Source: a virus
Lineage: Duplodnaviria > Caudoviricetes
Length of the DNA: 37,265 nt
Virus record (IMG/VR): IMGVR_UViG_3300032232_001386
Location: 1 to 37,265 of that record
Direction: 5' to 3' (one strand)
In this document: positions 9,025 through 18,348 of the stretch, piece after piece
How the letters are laid out: the number at the start of each line of letters is the position of its first letter
How positions within the stretch are numbered: position 1 is the first letter of the stretch
Position numbers and translations under genes: made by a program
Notes under the pieces: model-generated
Databases searched by the model: none
What the model saw: only the letters and a program-made list of their open reading frames with translations
What the model was told of the DNA's origin: nothing

Positions 9025-9763
9025 ATTTGATATTTATCAAGAAAAAGAAATTGAAAAAGTAGATGTTTCTATTAATGAAAAAGGTGAAGAAGTAAAAGTT
9101 ACTTCCAAGGTTAAAAGTACAGTTCCAGTTAAATTAGCTATCAAAAAACCAACTAGAAGTTTATTTGATGAAGCAGAGTTATTTTATGGAGTTAGACTCT
9201 CAGAAGGTATTAAGGCTGGACTATTAACTCGCGCCTTATTAGCTAAAAGATTTAATAATGATGGGGGAGTTTTAAGTGACGAAGAACAAAAAGAGTATAA
9301 TGATCTATATTTGGAATTCTTTAATTTGCAAACTGAATTTCAAAGATTGTCTATTAAAGAAGAGGCTATTAGAACAGAAGAAGAGAAAAAGCAAATTCAA
9401 AATGTTATTGAAAAAATGAATCTTTCCAGAGAAAGACTTCAAAGATATGAAATGGCGCAAGCTAATCTTTTTGAACAAACCGCAGAGAATAGAGCTAGAA
9501 ATAAAACCATTATGTGGTGGGTTCTTCAATTGAGTCTTATTCAAGGCGATGATAAAAAATTCAAAGAACTGTTTCAAGATGGAACTTATGAAGATAAACT
9601 TAAAAGATACGATGAAATTGAAGAATCTGAATCTGGAGTAGAAAAAATTGCTATACAAAAGCTTCTTTATTTGATTAGTTTTTGGTATATTGGCAGAGCT
9701 GCTTCTCAAGAAGAATTCGAAAAACTTCTTAATACATTACAAAGTAGCGAAGCAAAAGAATAA
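9008..9763 (+). CDS. Putative tail assembly chaperone
   Basis: Charged and coiled-coil-like, between tube and TMP. GGAG at 8998-9001 favours ATG 9008 over 8996. Confidence 0.55.
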   Translation: MKTMFEFDIYQEKEIEKVDVSINEKGEEVKVTSKVKSTVPVKLAIKKPTRSLFDEAELFYGVRLSEGIKAGLLTRALLAKRFNNDGGVLSDEEQKEYNDLYLEFFNLQTEFQRLSIKEEAIRTEEEKKQIQNVIEKMNLSRERLQRYEMAQANLFEQTAENRARNKTIMWWVLQLSLIQGDDKKFKELFQDGTYEDKLKRYDEIEESESGVEKIAIQKLLYLISFWYIGRAASQEEFEKLLNTLQSSEAKE

Positions 9764-9775
9764 AAGGAATAATGA

Positions 9776-10786
9776 TTGCAAACTTTAGACAAAAACAAAT
9801 TAAGGCTTTTGTTTATTGATATATTAAAGGGTTATTCTTTATCTTATTATAAGAGCAATAAATTATATTTCAAGCATAATACTAGCTTTGATTCTGGTGA
9901 AATAGATCATTTAAAGCAAGAGTTTATAGAGAAAGCTAAAAGAAATGGTCTTCCAACAGAAGATCAAAAAGAAGAGTATTTGATTTTAGAAGGTATTTGG
10001 TCAAAAGAAAGTAATGAAAAAATTAAAAAATTAAAATCTGATATATCTACTCTTAGACAGACCAAATCTAAATTATTTAAAAGTGATGATATAAATGAAT
10101 TTAATAGACAAATTGACGAGAAAAAATTAGAGTTAATAACTTTAACGGTAGAAAGAAAAGATCTATTAGGTTTTACTGTAGAGGATTATGCCAATAAGAA
10201 GATTAATGAATACTATATGTTTAATTCATTATTTAAAGATAAAAATTTAAAAGATAGGTATTTTTCTGAACAAGAATTTGATGAATTAGAAAATAAAGAT
10301 ATATCAGAAATATTGAATATCTACAATGATATAAATAAAAATTTCGTAGAAACTAATCTTAAGAAAATATCTCTTTCGTCATATTATCTTAGTTTATTTA
10401 ATCTTTGTGATGAAAATGCTTACAATTTATATGGAAAACCAATTATATATTTGACATTTTATCAAATGGAGATATTTGGATACGCTAGATACTTTAAAAA
10501 CGCATTATCTGAGGCTAAACATAAACCAGCAAATGAATACTATGAAGATCCAGAAAAGCTTATAGAGTGGCTAGAAAGCAGTAAAAATGTTGAAGAAGTC
10601 TTAACTAAAAGTGAAAATAGTTCAAGTAAAACAGAAGGAGCAATTGCTACTTCTATAGTAGGGGCTAAAAAAGAAGACTTAGCAAAAATTGGAAAAGATG
10701 AAAATAGTGTTAGTTTACACAAAGAAGCACAGAAAAAGGGTGGAGTTTTGAGCATGGAAGATTTAATGAAAATGCATGGAGTCTAA
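9776..10786 (+). CDS. Putative second tail assembly chaperone
   Basis: TTG start 7 nt after AAGGA. 336 aa, charged, directly before the TMP. Confidence 0.5.
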   Translation: MQTLDKNKLRLLFIDILKGYSLSYYKSNKLYFKHNTSFDSGEIDHLKQEFIEKAKRNGLPTEDQKEEYLILEGIWSKESNEKIKKLKSDISTLRQTKSKLFKSDDINEFNRQIDEKKLELITLTVERKDLLGFTVEDYANKKINEYYMFNSLFKDKNLKDRYFSEQEFDELENKDISEILNIYNDINKNFVETNLKKISLSSYYLSLFNLCDENAYNLYGKPIIYLTFYQMEIFGYARYFKNALSEAKHKPANEYYEDPEKLIEWLESSKNVEEVLTKSENSSSKTEGAIATSIVGAKKEDLAKIGKDENSVSLHKEAQKKGGVLSMEDLMKMHGV

Positions 10787-10817
10787 CAGGTAATACTATC
10801 ATAATTAATAATATTTC

Positions 10818-10823
10818 GTGTAA
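10818..10823 (+). promoter_or_regulatory. GTGTAA putative late promoter of the TMP
   Basis: Intergenic, followed by aaagga-at-aaggt-ATG. Confidence 0.65.
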
Positions 10824-10847
10824 TTCCTTATAGTAAAGGAATAAGGT

Positions 10848-13800
10848 ATGGCTAGGACTTCAGCTACAATTTCAGTAGGTGCAAATACAAGGCAACTCGA
10901 AAGAGATATTCAAAGCGCCTTGTCGCGTGATTTTAAATTCAAAGGATTTAATGAAAAAGCCTTTACTCAACCTTTAGGGCGAATTAGTGGTGCTGCAAAT
11001 GAATTTCAAAAATCATTAGACGCATCAAATGCTCGTGTTATTGCATTCGGCGCAAGTGCGGGTTTAATATTTACTGTAGAAAAAGCATTCACTTCATTAG
11101 TTAAAAGTACCATAGATGTTCAAAAATCATTAACTGATATTAATGTTATATTGAATGTAAGCACAAAAACCTTAGATCAATTTGGAAGTAGTTTGTTTGA
11201 TATTGCTAAAAATACAGGCCAAACTTTTGATGCTGTTGCTCAAGCTGCTACCGAACTTTCTCGTCAAGGCTTAGGATTAGAAGAAACTTTAAAAAGAACT
11301 CAAGACGCACTAATATTAACTCGTCTTAGTGGACTAGATACGGTAAGTTCCGTAGAAGCTTTGACCGCAGCAATTAATAGTTTTAGTAAAGCTGGATTAG
11401 ATTCAACAATTATTATTAATAAATTAGCAAATGTTGATGCCGCTTTCGCAGTTAGTAGTGGTGATCTTGCAGAAGCTATTAAACGAGTTGGATCGTCTGC
11501 TTCTGACGCAGGAGTTGATTTTGATGAATTATTAGCAATTGTTACTAGCGTTCAGCAAACCACAGCTAGAGGTGGAGCGGTAATTGGTAACTCTTTAAAA
11601 ACTATTTTTACAAGAATACAAAGAACAGATACTCTTGATCAATTAGAACAAATAGGAATTAGAGTTAGAGATTTAGAAGGAAATACATTACCTGCAATTC
11701 AAGTTTTATCTAATCTTTCTAATACATTTAATACTTTAGCTGATGCACAAAAAGCTCAAGTTGCAGAAACTGTTGGTGGCGTATTTCAAATTAACATTTT
11801 AAAAGCAGCGTTAGCAGATTTAGGAAAAGAATATTCTGTTTATGATAGAGCTTTACAAACAGCAAGCAATAGTACCGACCAAGCTATTCAAAGAAATGAA
11901 GCCTTAAATCAAACACTTTCAGCTTTAATTAATCAAACATTTCAAAATTTAACTAAACTTTCAGCTAGCGTTGGAGAAATAAGTTTAGGACCAACATTTA
12001 AGGGTACATTAGAATTATTAAATAAAGGATTAGAATCTTTATCTACTGACAGTGAAACTGTTGGTGGTAAAATTGGCAAAGGAATATTAGAAGGAATTGG
12101 AACATTTATAAGTGGTCCAGGAGTTATTTTATTAACAGCTGTTTTTGGTAAATTATTATTAAATTTAGGAAAATTTGCTAGTCAATCTTTACAGACACTT
12201 TTAAGCGTAAATACTCAAGCAGAGCAAAGAGCTCAAATTCAAGCTAAGATAAATCAAGTTCTTGCTCAAGAACCAGCGTTAGTAGCTGCAATATATAATA
12301 AACAAATTAGCGTTTTAGAATTAGAAAATAGAATTTTAGGTATTATAAAGCTTCAAACATTAGAAAGAGAAAGAGCAGCAGCTATATCTACAAGTATTGC
12401 TGGTAATTTGGTTGCTCGTGGGGTAACGTCTAAGGGTGGTTCTTTAAAAGTAAAAAGTGGTGGCTTCATTCCTAATTTTAGTGCTCAAGAAATTTATGGT
12501 GCATTAGCTGGAGGATACATCCCAGGAAATATTCAAAAAATGAATATTCCAGGACAAGGAAATATAACTTATAATAGCGCAGAAACAGTTAAGAATTTTC
12601 CAGGAATGACTCAGCCAGCTATTATGCCACCTCAAGGTAGCAAAGCTGGAAAAAATTATAAAAAACAATTTTCTAGTGCTCATGGATTTAATCCTTATGC
12701 AAGCGAAGGTTTTGTTCCTAATTTTGCTATAAGCCCATTTCAAAGAGCTCAAAAACTTTTCACAGAAGCAAGAAGTTCAAAATTAGATATTGAAGATTTA
12801 ATTATAAAAAGAAATTACGTAATAACTCCAGAAGTAAGAAAAGAAATAGAAGGCATTAAAACAGATCCTAAAAAAACCGCACAAACAAAAGGAGAAGTGG
12901 TCACTTATAATGCTAGTAAATTAGGTATAGTTGGAGTAGCTGGAAGAAGAGGGACTGTAGATGCTCAAACTAAGTTTAATACATTGGGCTATACAAAAGA
13001 TCCAAGATCAGTAAAATTTTTAGGAATTCAAGCTAGAACACTTGAAGATTTAAAGAATAGTACAATTAAAGATAAAAGTTCTTTTTCTACAAAAATTAAT
13101 GAATTATTTTATAATCCACTCGCTCAACTTGCGAATGATGTTTTTGGTCCATTAAGTCCAGATCCTAAATTTAAATCAGTACTTTTATCTAATACTAGAA
13201 AACCTGGAGTTAATCTTTTCCCAGCAGGAGCGGAAGGATCAATTTTTGAAGCTGCAGTTAACTTAGGAACAAAACGAGGTGGCTCATTAGAGAAGGCGTT
13301 TGATCAAAATGCTTCTCAAAAACCATTTGATTTTGAAGAAGCTTCTCCTCCAGCTACTGCTTTTAATAGTAAATTTGGATTTACTCCAGCAGTTTTAAGA
13401 GCAGATGCAAAAAGAACAATATCAAGCGAGCAAGCAAGAGAAATAATTGATAAAGCTTATAGAGACCCTATTACTAGAAGTGATCCAAAATTACCAAAGC
13501 CAAGAATAGCCGCTTCAGGCTTTATACCTAATTTTACAGCATTAGATAATGCAATTGGAAGAGAAGTTGCAGCTGGAACATCCACTTCTAGAATAAGAAT
13601 TGGAAAAGACTCAAGATTAACATCTTCAGCTAATCCACTTGGTTTAGGAGTTTATAATACAAAAGATGAACCTAGAGGTCTTGGTCAAGGTATTGAAAGA
13701 TATGGATCAAAAGCTAAAATGGCTGGCGCAGCAGCTGGATTTATTCCTAATTTTGCAGGATTATCATTTAATCCTGGAAGTTTAGGGGCACTTGATATAT

Positions 13801-16800
13801 CAACTGCAAGTAGAGAAGTTGGGGCAGAATTTGGAAAAATATTAGCAAAATTAAGAACTCAAGAAATAACACTTGACCAAGCAAATGCTAATCTTAAAAA
13901 ATTAAGTTCCACATATGGATTAGCTGCTGATAGTCAAAATAGATTTAATCAAATTCTTCAAAGTAGAACATCTCAATATGCTGCGAGCACAAAAGGTATT
14001 ACAATTTCAATAGATAAAGCGAAAACAAATTTTGAAAAATTAAGTAACGCAGGTTTAGCTTTATCATTAGTTTTACCAATAGCTCTTCAAACAGTAAGTC
14101 AATTTAATCAAGGAAATAAAAAATTACAAGTTGGCATAGATGCATTTAGTACATTTTTAAGTCTTACTGCTGCGGGAGCAACTCTAGGTCCAGCTGGAGC
14201 AGTAGGAGGTGCAGCTGCTGGAGCTGGATTAGGTTTATATCAATATTTCGAAGGGTTAAAAGGACTTGATCTTGATAAACTTAAAAATGATATACAAAAT
14301 CTTCAAGATGAATTCAATAGTACCTCAACATCGGTAAATCAGATTATACCATTAGTTGAAAAATACAAAGAAGTTCAAGCTTCTGCGTTACCAGATACTC
14401 AAAAAATAGAAGCTTTAGGAAATATTCAAGATCAAATCTCTTCAAGTTTAAGTAAAATTGGTCCAGAATTTGCAGACTCATTGTTAGAATCTATTAAAAA
14501 TCAAAATTATGATCAAGTTGGATATATTATAAATCAAGCTTTAAGTAAAAAAGCAGCAGAAGTATCAAATTTAACTTCACAAGCCGTATTAGAAAATGTA
14601 AAAAACAAAGAAGTAAAAGATAAATATACTGCGGTAGGTATTAGCAAAGCAGTAACTGGTTTACAAACCCCATCTGGGAAGAATATATTGCAAGAATTTG
14701 CAAAAAGCCCAGAAAATAAAAATAAAATAAATGAAACAGTTAAAACACTAGAAGGTCTTCTAGAAGAGAGAGCCGCAAAAGAAAAACAAATAAATGATCT
14801 ACTAGACCCTCAATTGAAAAAAGAACAAGAATTTTCTGCAAGAGCTGATAAAAAAGGTTCATTATCAGAAAAGGCTATTTCATTACTTTTTGGTTATAAT
14901 AAATATTTAGATGGTCAAAATGAATCAGAAAAAAGCATTGTTGAATCAGAAAAAATAAGAGCACAATTATCTAAAGAATTGAATTTAAATTTAGATCAAT
15001 TTTTAAATGCAGTCGAACCATTATACCAAGCTACAGATGAGTCAAGAATGGAATTTCAAAAACTAAGAGAAAAAGCAAAAGATACCAATTTAAATCAAGA
15101 AGCCGCCAGCGCAATAATTAAAACAACAACAAATTATTTAAAAGATATTCAAAATACTCAACAAAAAGTTGCAGCTTTATTAAAAAGTGGAATTTCGACT
15201 GTTGATCAATATATTTTAGCTTTTAAAAATGGAACATTAAACGCAAAAGATGCTCAAGATTTTTATAAGAAAACATTTGCATTACAAAATGATCCATCAA
15301 AAATGTTAGCTAAAAATCAAAATGATCTTAATATGTCAGTTGCAACAAGTATTTTAAATGAAGATACAAGAAATAAAGTTATAGATGAATTAACTATAGC
15401 AGAAGAAAAATTAAAAGCAAAATTAGACTCTAGACAAATCAACGAAGATCAATATAATAGAGCTTTAGAAGGATTAAAAGATAGAATAACCCTCGCACAA
15501 AGAGGCAATATGTTTGCAGAAGACTTTAGAGGCCAAAGACAAACAAATAGAGAAGCTAATGCGTTAGCTAATGAAACTAAATTATCAGATTTTGCAGGAG
15601 CATTTTTTGATGAATTTGATCAAACTGCTGCTGATTCCTATCGCCAAGCTCAATTAGGAGCTAAAGATACTGCGAATACAATTAAAAGTGAATTTAATAA
15701 TGCTTTCTTATCTTTCGCAAATGGAACTGAAACAGCTAGTGATGCTTTTACGAAAATGGCACTTAATATTAGTGACAAGATACAGCAATTAGCACTAGAA
15801 TTTAGTACCAATCTTCTTTTTAGTAAATTGATGGGTACTACTAGCAATATATTTGGCGGAGGTGGCGGTGGGGGATTTAACTTAGGAAGTTTATTTGGAT
15901 TTAATAAAGGTGGTATAGTAAAAGGATACTCTTCTGGAGGAACTGTTACAGGTGGATCTGGAACTAGAGATGATATTCCAGCTATGTTAAGTGGTGGTGA
16001 GTATGTAATTAAAAAATCTGCAGTTAGTAAGTATGGAACAAACTTTTTAGAAATGTTAAATAATAAAGCTGTTGGAAAATTTGCTGATGGTGGTGGATTA
16101 GAAAATACATTTGAAAATACATTTTTATATAATGATCCATTTCGTCCAACAGCAGGAACAATGTCTATGGACTCAAGATTAAGTCTACAAGCAGTTACGG
16201 ATGAAAATAATCCAATGAATCGAGTAAGAATGGAAAGAGAAATGGACTTTTTAAATTATATAAAATATGTAGAAGATATAGATGCTCAAAATCGAGAAAA
16301 TGAAAAAGCTTATTGGGAAAGAAAATTTGAAGCAGAAAAAGCTAGATTAGAAGCTTGGCAAGAAGAAACTAAAAGAAGACAAGAAATGCAAAATCAATAT
16401 AATGATGCACAAAAAAAACGAGAACAAGGGAATTGGTATAAATTTGGGTTTGGTGTATTAGGTGCTGGTGCATCTTTCTTTAAAGATGGTGGTCAAGTTA
16501 AAAAATTTGCAAAAGGCGGGAAAAGTGAAGATGATGTTCCAGCTATGTTAATGGACGGAGAATTTATAATGCGAAAACAAGCTGTAAATTTATATGGTAA
16601 AAAGTTCTTTGATGAATTAAATAGTGGAAGAATTAGAAAATTTGCTGAAGGTGGGGGCGTAGGATCTACTGGTTCATCAAGCTATATGGGTGATGGTGGA
16701 ACAAATTCTACTACAAATAATGTAAATGTAACTGTAAATGTAACAAAAGAAGGAGCTACTTCCGAAGATTCTAGTAGCAGTAGCGATGCAAAAGACAGAG

Positions 16801-16919
16801 ATTCAACAGATAAAGAAAGACAAGAAACTAAAATTTTAGCAGAAAAAGTAAAAGGTCAAGTATTAAAAGTAATAACAGAACAACAAAGACCTGGTGGCCT
16901 TTTATATAGAGGTCGTTAA
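10848..16919 (+). CDS. Tape measure protein
   Basis: 2023 aa with a TP901-type N-terminal domain (GGAVIGNSLKTIFTRI), Ala/Gly-rich hydrophobic segments and C-terminal FxxGG...D[IV]PAML..GE[YF] motifs. Confidence 0.92.
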   Translation: MARTSATISVGANTRQLERDIQSALSRDFKFKGFNEKAFTQPLGRISGAANEFQKSLDASNARVIAFGASAGLIFTVEKAFTSLVKSTIDVQKSLTDINVILNVSTKTLDQFGSSLFDIAKNTGQTFDAVAQAATELSRQGLGLEETLKRTQDALILTRLSGLDTVSSVEALTAAINSFSKAGLDSTIIINKLANVDAAFAVSSGDLAEAIKRVGSSASDAGVDFDELLAIVTSVQQTTARGGAVIGNSLKTIFTRIQRTDTLDQLEQIGIRVRDLEGNTLPAIQVLSNLSNTFNTLADAQKAQVAETVGGVFQINILKAALADLGKEYSVYDRALQTASNSTDQAIQRNEALNQTLSALINQTFQNLTKLSASVGEISLGPTFKGTLELLNKGLESLSTDSETVGGKIGKGILEGIGTFISGPGVILLTAVFGKLLLNLGKFASQSLQTLLSVNTQAEQRAQIQAKINQVLAQEPALVAAIYNKQISVLELENRILGIIKLQTLERERAAAISTSIAGNLVARGVTSKGGSLKVKSGGFIPNFSAQEIYGALAGGYIPGNIQKMNIPGQGNITYNSAETVKNFPGMTQPAIMPPQGSKAGKNYKKQFSSAHGFNPYASEGFVPNFAISPFQRAQKLFTEARSSKLDIEDLIIKRNYVITPEVRKEIEGIKTDPKKTAQTKGEVVTYNASKLGIVGVAGRRGTVDAQTKFNTLGYTKDPRSVKFLGIQARTLEDLKNSTIKDKSSFSTKINELFYNPLAQLANDVFGPLSPDPKFKSVLLSNTRKPGVNLFPAGAEGSIFEAAVNLGTKRGGSLEKAFDQNASQKPFDFEEASPPATAFNSKFGFTPAVLRADAKRTISSEQAREIIDKAYRDPITRSDPKLPKPRIAASGFIPNFTALDNAIGREVAAGTSTSRIRIGKDSRLTSSANPLGLGVYNTKDEPRGLGQGIERYGSKAKMAGAAAGFIPNFAGLSFNPGSLGALDISTASREVGAEFGKILAKLRTQEITLDQANANLKKLSSTYGLAADSQNRFNQILQSRTSQYAASTKGITISIDKAKTNFEKLSNAGLALSLVLPIALQTVSQFNQGNKKLQVGIDAFSTFLSLTAAGATLGPAGAVGGAAAGAGLGLYQYFEGLKGLDLDKLKNDIQNLQDEFNSTSTSVNQIIPLVEKYKEVQASALPDTQKIEALGNIQDQISSSLSKIGPEFADSLLESIKNQNYDQVGYIINQALSKKAAEVSNLTSQAVLENVKNKEVKDKYTAVGISKAVTGLQTPSGKNILQEFAKSPENKNKINETVKTLEGLLEERAAKEKQINDLLDPQLKKEQEFSARADKKGSLSEKAISLLFGYNKYLDGQNESEKSIVESEKIRAQLSKELNLNLDQFLNAVEPLYQATDESRMEFQKLREKAKDTNLNQEAASAIIKTTTNYLKDIQNTQQKVAALLKSGISTVDQYILAFKNGTLNAKDAQDFYKKTFALQNDPSKMLAKNQNDLNMSVATSILNEDTRNKVIDELTIAEEKLKAKLDSRQINEDQYNRALEGLKDRITLAQRGNMFAEDFRGQRQTNREANALANETKLSDFAGAFFDEFDQTAADSYRQAQLGAKDTANTIKSEFNNAFLSFANGTETASDAFTKMALNISDKIQQLALEFSTNLLFSKLMGTTSNIFGGGGGGGFNLGSLFGFNKGGIVKGYSSGGTVTGGSGTRDDIPAMLSGGEYVIKKSAVSKYGTNFLEMLNNKAVGKFADGGGLENTFENTFLYNDPFRPTAGTMSMDSRLSLQAVTDENNPMNRVRMEREMDFLNYIKYVEDIDAQNRENEKAYWERKFEAEKARLEAWQEETKRRQEMQNQYNDAQKKREQGNWYKFGFGVLGAGASFFKDGGQVKKFAKGGKSEDDVPAMLMDGEFIMRKQAVNLYGKKFFDELNSGRIRKFAEGGGVGSTGSSSYMGDGGTNSTTNNVNVTVNVTKEGATSEDSSSSSDAKDRDSTDKERQETKILAEKVKGQVLKVITEQQRPGGLLYRGR

Positions 16920-16921
16920 TT

Positions 16922-18346
16922 TTATAAAATTAATTTTGCAGAAAAATTAATCAAATCTTTATCTGATATAATTTGCGATTTATTAATTGAAGTATTTTCT
17001 CCTAAATATTCATTTAAATCTTGTAAAGTATAAGAATATTTGAATATTAAAGTAATATAATCTTTATCATCAATAGTTGTCTTGTATTTTTCGGTATATT
17101 TTAGATTATTACTAGTTTCTATATAAAACTTTTCATTATTACAAAAAGAGGTTATAAACTCAATATAAATATTGCAAGTATCGCTATTTTCTTCGATTTC
17201 AATGATTTTTGCTTGAAGTACCCCTTGGCTTTGAAGATAATCTAGGTCAATTGCCACATCTTCATAAGAGTTCGAATCTCTGCCATAAAACCCTAAATAT
17301 CCCTTTTGTAGGTTATAATTATTATCAAGCACATCATCTGTATTCAAGTCGTTAGATAAACATATGGTTTTATTGGCTTGATCTTTATTTAAAAGTGGGA
17401 AATAACTATTAAATACAATATCATTAATTGATAAATCTGAAGTTAAGCTATTTGAATTTAAGCTTTGATTATTAAATAAATACAAGTAATTTTGATAGAA
17501 TATCACTGTTTCATTGTTAGTGGATTGTTTATATATTTTACCAATATTAAATGTTTGATTTGGAAAAAATTCTTTTAAAAATATATTGACATTATCTTGC
17601 GACTCTTTTTCGCAAAGCATCGCATACATATCAGATTGAAGTTTATTTAAGCAAATAATATTTATATTTATATTCTCTGTTACTTCTACTATATCACTTT
17701 CTATAAATGGGACGGTTAATAAAACTGATTGACTATTTATATCCAAATACTTTTCTTTTACATTTTCTATAAATAAATTTTGTAATTTCTTATTTTTTAT
17801 ATTTTTATTTGAAGCTTCGCTTATAATTAATAAGGAATTTATTTCTTTTTCTTCAATATAATTTTTGTTTAAAAACATTTTGATAGAAAAATAATCGCTG
17901 CTTCTATATATTTTTTCAAAAAGTTTGTTTTTATCTATTTCATTAATTTCATCATATTCTACATCTACATCAAAATCTTGAGCGGTGGCATCATTATAAT
18001 CTATTGTAGCTTTAATTTTTTTAAAGAATCCCAATTTATTATTCAATTCTTTATATTTAATATAATTGTTGTAGAACTCATATGTAAATTCTGTGGAGGC
18101 TATTGAATTGCTGGTTCTAACCTCTAAATGAGGACATACATATCCAGTATCTTGACTATTCCAGATTCGTTCTATTTTTGGAATATAGTTTGATAAATTG
18201 TTAAATTTATTTATTAATAAACCCTCTTCATTCTTGATGATTACATTATACGTTGGAAATTGAAAATTGAATTCATCTAAATTTTCAATAAAATTTTTTC
18301 TTTTAGATTCCCACGTTATATTAAAATTTAAATTTTTAGTTTTCAT
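16922..18346 (-). CDS. Hypothetical protein, 474 aa, last gene of the tail-tip operon
   Basis: Long Asn/Ile/Lys-rich ORF starting 2 nt after the gpJ-like stop. No motif recognised. Confidence 0.75.
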   Translation of the reverse strand: MKTKNLNFNITWESKRKNFIENLDEFNFQFPTYNVIIKNEEGLLINKFNNLSNYIPKIERIWNSQDTGYVCPHLEVRTSNSIASTEFTYEFYNNYIKYKELNNKLGFFKKIKATIDYNDATAQDFDVDVEYDEINEIDKNKLFEKIYRSSDYFSIKMFLNKNYIEEKEINSLLIISEASNKNIKNKKLQNLFIENVKEKYLDINSQSVLLTVPFIESDIVEVTENININIICLNKLQSDMYAMLCEKESQDNVNIFLKEFFPNQTFNIGKIYKQSTNNETVIFYQNYLYLFNNQSLNSNSLTSDLSINDIVFNSYFPLLNKDQANKTICLSNDLNTDDVLDNNYNLQKGYLGFYGRDSNSYEDVAIDLDYLQSQGVLQAKIIEIEENSDTCNIYIEFITSFCNNEKFYIETSNNLKYTEKYKTTIDDKDYITLIFKYSYTLQDLNEYLGENTSINKSQIISDKDLINFSAKLIL

Positions 18347-18348
18347 AT

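Noticed and set aside
9720-9790. Programmed frameshift joining the two chaperone genes, as in lambda G/GT
   Set aside because: The second ORF has in-frame TAA TGA (9770-9775) just before its TTG and has its own SD, so a simple frameshift fusion is blocked.
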